Of a stretch of 64,000 nucleotides of DNA, positions 28,889 to 38,236 are shown piece by piece. Both the position numbers and the translations under genes were made by a program. The stretch is taken from the NCBI GenBank assembly GCA_902523455.1, contig CABYZG010000003.1, positions 1,625-65,624 of the forward strand, in the 5' to 3' direction. This stretch comes from an uncultured Pelagibacteraceae bacterium (GTDB lineage: Bacteria; Pseudomonadota; Alphaproteobacteria; Pelagibacterales; AG-422-B15). Each line of letters begins with the position of its first letter. Within the stretch, counting starts at the first letter, position 1. Under the pieces are notes generated by a model. The model searched no databases. It had not been told where the DNA came from and worked only from the letters and a program-made list of their open reading frames with translations.

Positions 28889-29590
28889 TTATAATTTGCT
28901 TACTTCTAATTGAATTTTACTTCCAACGAAATAACTATCACTTATCTCAATTGGTTTGTTATTAATGTCTGTATTTATTGCTTTTGTATGTATTAACGGG
29001 TCTCCGATATTTATTTTTAAATATTTGGATTGTACATTATTCGCACTCTCTGCTGATACTGTTGTTTTTTTTCTATATATTTTTTTTAATCCATATTTAT
29101 TAAAGGACAATGTCATAGAGCCAGTTTTACGAAAAAATAAATCAAAATTTTTAAATCTTTTTTCTGGGACTAATCTTTCTGTTAAAATAAGTGGAATACC
29201 ATTAGCTTTAGAGATTGTATAAATATAGAAAACTGAATCATTTTTTTTTAAATTAAATTCTCTTATTTCATTGCTGTACCCTTTTCTCTTATCTATAGAA
29301 ATAATATCTACAGCAATATCAGTAGTCTCTTGATTTAAATTCTGTGATGCCCTTACTGTTTTTCCGATTTTATAATTTATTTTCTTAGAGTTGAGAAAAT
29401 ATCCTAAACCTCTTCTCGAATAAATGATATTTTCTTTTTTAAGGGCCTCGATTCCACGTCTAACTGTATGCCTATTCACCTTAAAAAGCTTAGCATAATA
29501 ATTTTCAGAATAGATTTTTTCCCCTAATCTAAGCTTACGATCAATAATATCTTTTTTTATTGAGTCCCTTATTTCTTCCCAGGCAAACAT
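28889..29590 (-). CDS. phnF: GntR/HutC (UTRA) regulator PhnF
   Basis: wHTH FKVNRHTVRRGI, RRGLGYF, C-terminal UTRA domain; divergent from phnG. Confidence 0.88.
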   Translation of the reverse strand: MFAWEEIRDSIKKDIIDRKLRLGEKIYSENYYAKLFKVNRHTVRRGIEALKKENIIYSRRGLGYFLNSKKINYKIGKTVRASQNLNQETTDIAVDIISIDKRKGYSNEIREFNLKKNDSVFYIYTISKANGIPLILTERLVPEKRFKNFDLFFRKTGSMTLSFNKYGLKKIYRKKTTVSAESANNVQSKYLKINIGDPLIHTKAINTDINNKPIEISDSYFVGSKIQLEVSKL

Positions 29591-29597
29591 TTAGCTA

Positions 29598-29671
29598 TTG
29601 TAACATATTTTTAATAAATAAATTGAAACGAATCGTCATAATAAGTATAGTATACTTGTATAGTTGTATAG
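29598..29671 (+). promoter_or_regulatory. phnG promoter: Pho-like pair, -10 and candidate PhnF operator
   Basis: TTGTAAC-ATAT-TTTTAAT (29598-29615), CATAAT 29637-29642, palindrome AAGTATAGTATACTT 29643-29657 followed by two TTGTATAG repeats. Confidence 0.5.
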
Positions 29672-29677
29672 ATTAAT

Positions 29678-30109
29678 ATGGAAAGAAAATTTTGGCTTAG
29701 TACATTGGCTACATGCAATGATGCCCACCTAACTTCTCTTTGGGAAAAATTTGGTATTGAGGTAAATTTCACATGGCTTAGAAAGCCGGAAATAGGCAGT
29801 ATAATGTGTCAAGGAAAAATTGGAGTAACAGGAAATAATTTCAATTTTGGTGAAGTTACTATTACCCGTTGTCAATTGAAAACCTCACAAGGAAAAATTG
29901 GTCACGGATACGTGCAAGGAAGAAATAAATATAAGGCTGAAATTGTTGCTATATGCGATGCTTTACTGCAAACAAATAAAAGAGATTTTTTAATCAAAAA
30001 TATAATACGCCCTCTAGTTGTAAGCGATAAAAATTTAAAAAAAGATGTAATGTCAAAATCAGAGTCAACAGCTGTCGATTTCTTTACATTGGTGCGAGGT
30101 GAAACTTGA
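29678..30109 (+). CDS. phnG: C-P lyase subunit PhnG
   Basis: RKPEIGSIMCQGK, FNFGEVTITRC, AICDALLQ. Confidence 0.92.
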   Translation: MERKFWLSTLATCNDAHLTSLWEKFGIEVNFTWLRKPEIGSIMCQGKIGVTGNNFNFGEVTITRCQLKTSQGKIGHGYVQGRNKYKAEIVAICDALLQTNKRDFLIKNIIRPLVVSDKNLKKDVMSKSESTAVDFFTLVRGET

Positions 30110-30665
30110 AATGATTAATACAAATGAAAACGAGTCTATTATAAAAGCCGATGCATTCAGAGCTATATTGTTTGCAACTTCTTATCCTGGATCAATTGAA
30201 AAGTTTTTAGAGATAAATAAACCTAAACAAATTTCTACATCTTCAGCTTCTATTTTGTCCACTATGTGCGATCACACCAGCACCATTTATATTGGAAAAT
30301 CATTAGACACTAAATCCTTAAGAGATTGGGTAGCCTTTCATACAAACTCTAAAATAGTAGATAAAAAATTTGCAAATTTTGCAATTGGTACTTTCCATGA
30401 CATGTTGCCCCTTACAGAGTTCTCTAGAGGATCAGACGAGTTTCCGGATAGATCATGTACATTAATAATTGAGACACCCTTTAAATCAGACAATGTAAGT
30501 ATTTCGGGGCCCGGTATCAAAGGTAGCAAAGATATCTACTTACCACATGCGAATAAAATAAGTGATGTAAATAACTCCTTCCCCCTTGGTATAGATTTCT
30601 ATTTTACCAATAAAAGCAATTTTTTTTGCATTCCAAGATCAATAAAAATTAAAAAGAAAGGATAG
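30099..30665 (+). CDS. phnH: C-P lyase subunit PhnH
   Basis: FRAILFATSYPG, GSDEFPDRSCTLII, GPGIKG, FPLGIDF, IPRS. Confidence 0.9.
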   Translation: MKLEMINTNENESIIKADAFRAILFATSYPGSIEKFLEINKPKQISTSSASILSTMCDHTSTIYIGKSLDTKSLRDWVAFHTNSKIVDKKFANFAIGTFHDMLPLTEFSRGSDEFPDRSCTLIIETPFKSDNVSISGPGIKGSKDIYLPHANKISDVNNSFPLGIDFYFTNKSNFFCIPRSIKIKKKG

Positions 30666-30670
30666 TTTCT

Positions 30671-31741
30671 ATGTATGTAGCTGTTAAAGGTGGTGAAAAA
30701 GCAATTGAAAATGCTCATAATTGGCTTTCAGAAATAAGGAGAGGTGATGTTAATGTTCCCAACCTCGAAATTGATCAAATTAAAGAACAGTTGACATTGT
30801 CTGTTGAAAGGGTCATGTCAGAAGGATCATTATATGATACTGATCTAGCAGCTCTCGCCATAAAACAATCAAGAGGTGACCTTATTGAAGCCATCTTCTT
30901 AATCAGGGCCTATCGTACAACTCTACCAAGATTTGGAACATCCCCCCCTATTAAAACAGAAGATATGGTATGCATGAGAAGAATCTCAGCAACTTATAAA
31001 GATATTCCTGGAAAACAAAAATTGGGGCCTACATTTGATTATACACACAGACTTTTAGACTTTAGTTTACTGGCTGAAGGCAATATACCTAAGGCAGAAA
31101 AACGAAAAGTATTAAAGGAAAAAATACCTCACGTACTGAGATTTTTAAATAAAGAAGGCCTTATTCAAAAAGAAAAAAATAATAATTATCAGCCAAAAGA
31201 CATCACAAGAAATCCACTTGAGTTTCCAGCTAATAGAAGTGAGAGGTTACAATCACTTTCTAGAGCCGATGAAGGATTTCTTCTTGCTTTAGCTTATTCA
31301 ACTCAAAGAGGCTACGCTAGAAATCATGCTTTTGTAGGTGAATTAAGAATTGGTTATGTAAAAGTTAAGTACAACATTCCAGAATTAGACATTGAGATCG
31401 ATATTGCAGAAATAATTGTTACTGAGTGCGAGAGTGTAAATCAATTTCAAGGAAGCAAAAAAACACCCGCACAATTTACACGAGGATATGGTTTGACATT
31501 TGGTCAATTAGAAAGAAAGGCAGTATCAATGGCCCTAGTCGATAGGGCATTAAGGTGGAAAGAAATTGGTGAAGAGTTTGTCGGAGCACCTGCTCAGGAT
31601 GAAGAGTTTGTATTGTCACATTGTGATAATATACAGGCAACTGGGTTTTTGGAACATTTAAAGTTACCCCATTATGTTGATTTTCAATCAGAGCTGGAAT
31701 TGGTTAGAAGAATTCGTAAAGAGTATGAGAAAAACAAATAA
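30671..31741 (+). CDS. phnI: C-P lyase subunit PhnI
   Basis: MYVAVKGGEKAIENAH, RAYRTTLP, DEEFVLSHCD, HLKLPHYVDFQSEL. Confidence 0.96.
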   Translation: MYVAVKGGEKAIENAHNWLSEIRRGDVNVPNLEIDQIKEQLTLSVERVMSEGSLYDTDLAALAIKQSRGDLIEAIFLIRAYRTTLPRFGTSPPIKTEDMVCMRRISATYKDIPGKQKLGPTFDYTHRLLDFSLLAEGNIPKAEKRKVLKEKIPHVLRFLNKEGLIQKEKNNNYQPKDITRNPLEFPANRSERLQSLSRADEGFLLALAYSTQRGYARNHAFVGELRIGYVKVKYNIPELDIEIDIAEIIVTECESVNQFQGSKKTPAQFTRGYGLTFGQLERKAVSMALVDRALRWKEIGEEFVGAPAQDEEFVLSHCDNIQATGFLEHLKLPHYVDFQSELELVRRIRKEYEKNK

Positions 31742-32615
31742 CGTAATTAAGATTAAAGATTTCAAAGTAGACAAAGGTCTACCTTTTGATCAAGAATATA
31801 ATTTTGCGTATTTAGATGAGAATACAAAAAAAATGATAAGACGTGCAATAATAAAAGCTTTATGTATTCCAGGTTATCAGGTTCCTTTTGCCTCTAGAGA
31901 AATGCCTATGCCATATGGATGGGGAACAGGTGGAGTCCAAGTTACTGCGAGCTGCTTAACAAAAAGAGACACTTTAAAAATAATAGATCAGGGAGCTGAC
32001 GATACTACCAACGCTGTATCAATAAGAAATTTTTTCAAAAAAACTTCAAATATTAAAACTACTGAAATTACTGAAAAAGCAACACTGATACAAACTAGAC
32101 ATAGAATTCCTGAAACACCATTAAAAAAGAAACAAATATTTGTTTATCAGGTACCCATCCCTGAACCCTTGGCCTTTCTAGAACCTAAAGTATCTGAAAC
32201 AATAAAAATGCACTCTCTTTCCGAATATGGCGCAATGCACGTAAAGCTCTATGAAGATATATCAAAAAATGGGCATATAGAAACCGCTTACGCTTATCCA
32301 GTAAAAACTAATGATCGTTATATAATGGATCCATCCCCAATACCAAAATTTGATAATCCTAAAATGAATAACTCACCAGCGATACAGCTATTTGGTGCTG
32401 GAAGAGAACAAAGAATTTATGCTATTCCACCATATACAAAAGTTAAAAGTCTCGATTTTGAAGACTACCCATTTGACCCATTTAAAGCTGAACACGCGTG
32501 TGATATTTGTGGATCAAAGAATACATATTTAGATGAAATTATTGTTGATGATGCGGGAAATAAATCTTTTATTTGCTCAGATACAGATTTTTGTAATAAA
32601 AGAAAAAATAAATGA
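31725..32615 (+). CDS. phnJ: C-P lyase radical SAM subunit PhnJ
   Basis: PGYQVPFASREMPMPYGWGTGG, CX2CX21CX5C cluster motif; probable start 31725. Confidence 0.96.
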   Translation: MRKTNNVIKIKDFKVDKGLPFDQEYNFAYLDENTKKMIRRAIIKALCIPGYQVPFASREMPMPYGWGTGGVQVTASCLTKRDTLKIIDQGADDTTNAVSIRNFFKKTSNIKTTEITEKATLIQTRHRIPETPLKKKQIFVYQVPIPEPLAFLEPKVSETIKMHSLSEYGAMHVKLYEDISKNGHIETAYAYPVKTNDRYIMDPSPIPKFDNPKMNNSPAIQLFGAGREQRIYAIPPYTKVKSLDFEDYPFDPFKAEHACDICGSKNTYLDEIIVDDAGNKSFICSDTDFCNKRKNK

Positions 32616-33382
32616 TAATCCCTCTTTTAAAAGTTACAAATTTAAGCAAATCTTATGATAATATTGTTGGATGTAAAAATATTTCAATGTCACTATATCC
32701 AGGTGAAGTATTGGGCATTGTCGGTGAGTCTGGTTCCGGTAAAACAACCTTAATTAACTGCTTATCCGGCAATCTTGAGCCTGATAGAGGAAAAATAATT
32801 TTCAATATTAACAACAAAGAAACCGACTTTTTAAATATATCAGAGTCAGAGAAAAGAAAATTTATTAGAACAGATTTAGCTTTTGTTCATCAAAACCCAC
32901 GTGACGGATTAAGATTAAATGTATCAGCAGGTGGTAATATAGGCGAAAAATTAATGTCTGTTGGCTATAGACATTATGGAAATATAAGAAGCTTAGCAAC
33001 AAAATGGATTAATAAAGTTGAAATAGACAAAAGTAGAATTGATGATCTACCCATTACTTTCTCAGGTGGAATGCTTCAAAGACTTCAAATAGCAAAAAAT
33101 CTAATAACAAGCCCAAATGTTATTTTTATGGATGAACCAACTGGTGGGCTAGATGTTTCAGTTCAAGCTCGTGTTCTTGATTTGATAAGATCACTTGTTA
33201 ATGAGTTGAACCTTACAGTAATTATTGTATCACATGATTTAGCCGTTATCAGATTACTTGCAGATAAAATGATTGTCATGAAAAACGGTACTGTAATCGA
33301 GTCTGGTTTAAGCGATCAGGTACTTGAAGATCCTCAGCAAGAATATACACAGCTATTAGTAAGTTCGGTGTTACACGTTTAA
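32612..33382 (+). CDS. phnK: C-P lyase ATPase PhnK
   Basis: GESGSGKTT, HQNPRDGLR, FSGGMLQRLQIA, DEPTGGLDVSVQAR. Confidence 0.95.
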   Translation: MIIPLLKVTNLSKSYDNIVGCKNISMSLYPGEVLGIVGESGSGKTTLINCLSGNLEPDRGKIIFNINNKETDFLNISESEKRKFIRTDLAFVHQNPRDGLRLNVSAGGNIGEKLMSVGYRHYGNIRSLATKWINKVEIDKSRIDDLPITFSGGMLQRLQIAKNLITSPNVIFMDEPTGGLDVSVQARVLDLIRSLVNELNLTVIIVSHDLAVIRLLADKMIVMKNGTVIESGLSDQVLEDPQQEYTQLLVSSVLHV

Positions 33383-33383
33383 T

Positions 33384-34058
33384 ATGATTGAGGTAAAAAA
33401 AGTTAATAAATCGTTTACTTTATTTAACCAAAATAACGCGAAGATAACAGTTTTTAAAAATTTAAATTTTGAGGTTAATCCAGGTGAAATTGTAGCCCTT
33501 AAAGGACCATCAGGCATAGGTAAATCAAGTATTTTAAAGATGATTTATGGAAGTTATATAATTGATAAGGGTGCTATAATTATAAATAATAAAAATATTG
33601 CCACTCTATCGGCTCAGGAAATACTTAAACTTAGAAAAACTTCAATTGGGTATGTGAGCCAATTTTTAAAAGTGATACCCCGTATTTCTGCTTTAGATGT
33701 AATAATGGAACCATTATTAAATTCAGGTGATAATAAAAATAATGCTTATAAAAAATCGATAAAACTTTTAAAGGACTTAAATATTGAGAAGAATTTGTGG
33801 CACTTATCTCCGCTAACTTTTTCTGGGGGCGAGCAACAGAGAATTAATATCGCACGAGGTTTTATAAAAGACCTTCCTTACTTGTTACTCGATGAGCCAA
33901 CTGCAAGTCTTGACAGTAGAAATCGTGATATAATTATCAATTTAATTAAAGCGAAATCTAATAGAGGCGTATCAATTATTGGAATCTTTCATGACGAATA
34001 TTCTCGAAAAAAGTTGAATGTAAGAGAGATTGATCTAAACATTGAAACAAAGCATTAA
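33384..34058 (+). CDS. phnL: C-P lyase ATPase PhnL
   Basis: GPSGIGKSS, YVSQFLKVIPR, FSGGEQQRINIARGF, GIFHD. Confidence 0.95.
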   Translation: MIEVKKVNKSFTLFNQNNAKITVFKNLNFEVNPGEIVALKGPSGIGKSSILKMIYGSYIIDKGAIIINNKNIATLSAQEILKLRKTSIGYVSQFLKVIPRISALDVIMEPLLNSGDNKNNAYKKSIKLLKDLNIEKNLWHLSPLTFSGGEQQRINIARGFIKDLPYLLLDEPTASLDSRNRDIIINLIKAKSNRGVSIIGIFHDEYSRKKLNVREIDLNIETKH

Positions 34059-34593
34059 AAGAAACGGCAAGGCTTTTATCGTCTTAGGTCCATCAGGATC
34101 TGGTAAAAATACCCTTATAAATGGAGCCTGTAAAAATATCGATAATCTAAAGGCGATCAAAAGATACATTACAAGAACTAAAATAGATATTAATGAAGAC
34201 TATAACCCTATTGATGAAAAAATATTTACACAAATGAAGAGTGAAAATTTATTTTGTACAACATGGAATGCAAATAATTGCAATTATGGTATTCACAAAG
34301 ATGCAATTGACGATCTTAAAGATGGGAAAAACATAATATTTGCTGGATCTAGAGAATATATAAATAATATATTATATGATATATCCTCTTCTATCGTTAT
34401 ACACATAAATGCTACTAGCAATTTATTGAGTCAACGAATTTTTGATAGAAAAAGAGAGAACGAATTCGAAATCAACTCTCGAATAAAAAGAGAAAATTAT
34501 AATTTACCAACAAGTACAAAATTTGTAGAAAATAATAGCAGTATTAATCAAGGTATTATGAATTTAACTGCATTAATTAAAAGTTTAATTTAA
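34042..34593 (+). CDS. phnN: Ribose 1,5-bisphosphokinase PhnN
   Basis: GPSGSGKNTL, RYITR, W.ANNCNYGI, GSREY. Confidence 0.85.
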   Translation: MKQSIKRNGKAFIVLGPSGSGKNTLINGACKNIDNLKAIKRYITRTKIDINEDYNPIDEKIFTQMKSENLFCTTWNANNCNYGIHKDAIDDLKDGKNIIFAGSREYINNILYDISSSIVIHINATSNLLSQRIFDRKRENEFEINSRIKRENYNLPTSTKFVENNSSINQGIMNLTALIKSLI

Positions 34594-35293
34594 ACCTTTT
34601 TATTTCCTCAAAATGGCCATTTTTATTTTCACCAAGTAAACTAATTTCATTAAATTCAATTACATTATTTGATATTTTGTAAATTAATTTTTCTAGTTCT
34701 AATTTTTGTTTGTTAGATAATTTATTGTTATTTTGGTTCATTAGCGTCATATGAAATTTAAACTGATCAAAGACGAATGGATATCCCCACTCTTTTAAAT
34801 ATTTGTTTTGCTTAATAGTTAAAGAATCAGGGATCCTTTTTTTTATTTCTGTTTTATTTAGCTCTGCCCTAAAAGTATCTAGATGTTTAACAAGATCATT
34901 CTCAAGGTTTATTAATAATTTGTTTGGTTTTCTGCTAGTTATGAAAGTAAATTTTTTACTATAAACAATTTTTAAACCTTGTATCTTAAATCTACTATGT
35001 TGTGCTGCTATATGGCTAATAACATCATAAAAATTTTTTGTTTTAACATTTCTTTTAAGTCTAAATGGTGCCTTTAATGTTGCGTGAAACCCATACTTTG
35101 CAGGCTGTTCACAATAGTCTTTAAGTTCATCAAAGAATGTAAAACCTCTACTAATAAAATATTTTTGACGTCTTGTTAGTGATATTTTTTTCTTTTTATT
35201 GATATCTCTACCTAAAAGGTTTTTTCCGAAGTTTTCTAAACTCGAGTTTTTTTTAGGCAAAAAGTAAATTGCCACTCTTTTGTAATTAGTCAT
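34577..35293 (-). CDS. DUF1045 2H-phosphoesterase (probable PhnP analogue)
   Basis: RVAIYFLP, YGFHATLKAPFRL, WGYPFVFDQFKFHMTL. Confidence 0.88.
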   Translation of the reverse strand: MTNYKRVAIYFLPKKNSSLENFGKNLLGRDINKKKKISLTRRQKYFISRGFTFFDELKDYCEQPAKYGFHATLKAPFRLKRNVKTKNFYDVISHIAAQHSRFKIQGLKIVYSKKFTFITSRKPNKLLINLENDLVKHLDTFRAELNKTEIKKRIPDSLTIKQNKYLKEWGYPFVFDQFKFHMTLMNQNNNKLSNKQKLELEKLIYKISNNVIEFNEISLLGENKNGHFEEIKRFKLNF

Positions 35294-35326
35294 AATACTT
35301 TAACAATAATCTAATAAATTAGTAAT
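35287..35326 (+). promoter_or_regulatory. Degenerate Pho-like 11-bp repeats upstream of phnM
   Basis: TAGTCAT 35287, CTTTAAC 35298, ATCTAAT 35309, TAGTAAT 35320. Confidence 0.4.
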
Positions 35327-35342
35327 ATCTTGTTAAATAAAT

Positions 35343-36485
35343 ATGAATGAATTTGTAATAAAAAATGCCCATATTGTTTGTCCGGACGAATCTTTTATGG
35401 GCCATGTTTACATTGCAAACGGTATAATAAAGGATTTAAGTAAAGGAAATTATACAGGAAATTCTGCTTTCGATTTAAACAAGGATTTCTTAATTCCTGG
35501 TTTAATCGAACTTCATACAGATAATATCGAAAGACATTTAACACCCAGGCCAAAAGTAGAATGGCCAATTATAAACGCATTGCTAGCTCATGATAGAGAA
35601 TTGTCTTCCGTCGGTATAACCACGGTATTTGATGCACTTAGAGTTGGATCGATACCAAAAGGGAACCTTCAAGGTGAATATAAAAAATATGCTAAAGCAA
35701 CAGCTGACCAAATTTCAACTTTAAAAAAAAATAAACTTTTTAAAATTGACCATTATATTCACTTGCGTGCAGAAACCGCATCTGAAACGTTAGCAAGTGA
35801 ACTTGATGAGTTTGATGAATCAAGCAACGTTAAAATGATAAGCATTATGGACCATACACCGGGACAAAGACAATTTAGAAATACAGATAAATATAAGGAA
35901 TATTTAGCGGGTAAATATCAACTATCTGATGAAGAAATGGAAAATCACTTCTCTAAATTAAAAGCACTGCAGTCAAAAAATAGTGAAATACATATAAAGA
36001 AAATATCTGAAGCACAAATGAGATTTCAATGTGTTCTTGCGAGTCATGATGACACTACTATAGAAGATGTATTAAGTTCAAAAAATCTAGGAGTTTCAAT
36101 AGCAGAATTTCCAACCACAATCGAAGCAGCAAAAGAGTCGCAAAAAGAAGACATGAAAATTATCATGGGTTCGCCAAATTTAATGAGAGGTGGGTCACAT
36201 TCTGGAAATATTTCAGCTCAAGAACTCATAGACGAAAATTGCCTTGATATTTTTAGCTCTGACTATATCCCGTCATCCCTACTTTCTTCAGCTGTCAAAT
36301 GGGGTTTAGAGTCCGGTAATATGCCAAAAGCAATTGCCTCTATTTCAAGAAACCCAGCAATAGCTACACAGCTTCTAGACCGAGGTAGTATACAGTGCGG
36401 CATGAAGGCGGACCTAGTTAGTTTCAGTATTTATAACAATTTACCAATAGTAAAAAAAGTATGGGTATCTGGACAAGCGATATAA
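35343..36485 (+). CDS. phnM: Alpha-D-ribose 1-methylphosphonate 5-triphosphate diphosphatase
   Basis: PGLIELHTDNIE, MDHTPGQRQF, ASHDD, AEFPTT, GGSHSGN, SSDYIP. Confidence 0.96.
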   Translation: MNEFVIKNAHIVCPDESFMGHVYIANGIIKDLSKGNYTGNSAFDLNKDFLIPGLIELHTDNIERHLTPRPKVEWPIINALLAHDRELSSVGITTVFDALRVGSIPKGNLQGEYKKYAKATADQISTLKKNKLFKIDHYIHLRAETASETLASELDEFDESSNVKMISIMDHTPGQRQFRNTDKYKEYLAGKYQLSDEEMENHFSKLKALQSKNSEIHIKKISEAQMRFQCVLASHDDTTIEDVLSSKNLGVSIAEFPTTIEAAKESQKEDMKIIMGSPNLMRGGSHSGNISAQELIDENCLDIFSSDYIPSSLLSSAVKWGLESGNMPKAIASISRNPAIATQLLDRGSIQCGMKADLVSFSIYNNLPIVKKVWVSGQAI

Positions 36486-37124
36486 TTAATCGTAAAATCG
36501 AAGAATAAAATATGCAATTAAGAGACCAATTAATTGCATAAAAATAAACATCAACACGTGCTGTGGATCTATACCGGTAAATGTGTTGGTGAATGATCTA
36601 CTGATCGTGACAGCTGGATTGGCAAATGACGTTGAAGATGTGAACCAATAAGCCCCAGTTATATATAAAGCCACCGCTATTGCTGGATCTCTTTTTGCCT
36701 TTAGTGTGAGCACAATTGTAATTAATAAGCCTATTGTTGCAACCACTTCAGAGACATGAATATTAATTCCTGTTCTTTCTTTAGTTGAAAATTCAATAAA
36801 TAAATCATCAAAAATATAATTTGCTAAAATGACTCCAGAAGTGCCACCCACTAGTTGAAAAATGATAAATAATATCATCGTTACGTTATTAATATCTGAT
36901 TTAAATCTAAAATAAAGTGTAACAACTGGATTAAAATGAGCTCCAGATATAGGACCAAATATTGATATTATCACGTAAAGCATTGCTCCTGTTGCTATTG
37001 CATTAGCAAGCAATACAACACCTTCATTTGTAGGAGATAGATTTTCGGCCATTATCCCTGATCCTACTACCGAGAAAACAAGTAAGAGTGTACCCAGATA
37101 TTCAGAAAGTATTTTTTTAGGCAT
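36486..37124 (-). CDS. Aquaporin/MIP channel (AqpS-like, ars-associated)
   Basis: SGAHFNPVVT and TSFANPAVT loops; directly downstream of arsC. Confidence 0.85.
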   Translation of the reverse strand: MPKKILSEYLGTLLLVFSVVGSGIMAENLSPTNEGVVLLANAIATGAMLYVIISIFGPISGAHFNPVVTLYFRFKSDINNVTMILFIIFQLVGGTSGVILANYIFDDLFIEFSTKERTGINIHVSEVVATIGLLITIVLTLKAKRDPAIAVALYITGAYWFTSSTSFANPAVTISRSFTNTFTGIDPQHVLMFIFMQLIGLLIAYFILRFYD

Positions 37125-37553
37125 TTATTTAAGCAAATTTTCTTTTATTAATTGATCAATATAATCAAATGTAGATCTAAAAAACTTTTTGTGATCGACT
37201 TCGTTTAAGTTCTGTTTAACGGGGTCTTCAATATTGAAATGAAATGTTTTTGGAGCACCCGGCCAGATCGGACATGTTTCTTTAGCGGCATTTCCACACA
37301 CAGTAACGACATAATCCATAGAGGGAGAGTTGGGCTCACCAAATACGTCCCAACTTTTACTATAGAGTTTCTCAGTCGGTATTTTCATATCATCTAATAA
37401 ATCGAGTGTTTTAGGATTTATTATTCCTGAAGGTGTGCTACCAGCGCTATAGCCTTTCAGACTTTCACTATATTTATAATTGGTAATTGCCTCAGCTATA
37501 ATGCTTCTGGCTGAATTTTGCGTACATAAATATAAAACATTTTTAATGCTCAT
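37125..37553 (-). CDS. arsC: Arsenate reductase, LMW-PTP/thioredoxin type
   Basis: LCTQNSARS (CX5R), TVCGNAAKETCP redox Cys pair, EDP. Confidence 0.9.
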   Translation of the reverse strand: MSIKNVLYLCTQNSARSIIAEAITNYKYSESLKGYSAGSTPSGIINPKTLDLLDDMKIPTEKLYSKSWDVFGEPNSPSMDYVVTVCGNAAKETCPIWPGAPKTFHFNIEDPVKQNLNEVDHKKFFRSTFDYIDQLIKENLLK

Positions 37554-38236
37554 ATACCAAGAGAATATCCAGCAGATCTAATTGTTCTTATTGGGTCGTA
37601 TTCAAATCCTTCGTTTAATGCTTTTCTTAATCTTCTGATATGAACATCAACTGTTCTAGGCTCGACATATGGACTTGTAGTCCATACATAATCTAATAAT
37701 TGTTGTCTTGAAAATACTTTACCTTGATTTTCCATTAAAAAACGCAATAAATTAAATTCCGTAGGTCCAAGACTTATTTCTGTTTTATCCCTGGTGACAC
37801 GATGCGTTGAAACATCTAATTGAATTCCCTTATACGTAAGAACTTCATTATAAAAAATAGGTCTTAAGCGTTTAAGTACTGCTTTAATTCTTGCTACTAA
37901 CTCATTGACTGAAAATGGTTTTGTTATGTAGTCATCAATTTCAGTTTCAAATGCTCTTAATTTATCTTCTTCTTCTCCTTTAGCTGTGAGCATAATTAAA
38001 GGAATGTTCTTTGTAGTTTTATCTTTACGTACTCGTCTACACAATTCTAACCCAGAAATATTTGGGAGCATCCAGTCAACGATTATGAGATCGTATTTAA
38101 TATCACCAAATATACTATCCAATGCGCTATCGCCATCAAAGCATACGTCTACATCAAATCCACTAGCTGTGAGATTGTATTTTAATAATTCAACTATTGA
38201 GACTTCATCCTCAATTACTAGGATTTTAGGTTTCAT
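37550..38236 (-). CDS. phoB: Phosphate regulon response regulator
   Basis: DWMLP, LTAKGEEED, DDYITKPFS, RTVDVHIRRLRKAL; probable start MKPK at 38236. Confidence 0.95.
   Translation of the reverse strand: MKPKILVIEDEVSIVELLKYNLTASGFDVDVCFDGDSALDSIFGDIKYDLIIVDWMLPNISGLELCRRVRKDKTTKNIPLIMLTAKGEEEDKLRAFETEIDDYITKPFSVNELVARIKAVLKRLRPIFYNEVLTYKGIQLDVSTHRVTRDKTEISLGPTEFNLLRFLMENQGKVFSRQQLLDYVWTTSPYVEPRTVDVHIRRLRKALNEGFEYDPIRTIRSAGYSLGI

Noticed and set aside
22556-35293. Compositional contrast (phnCD look GC-richer than phnF-phnN/DUF1045) as proof of mosaic origin
   Set aside because: Judged only by eye; expression level and amino-acid composition can explain it, and phylogenies would be needed
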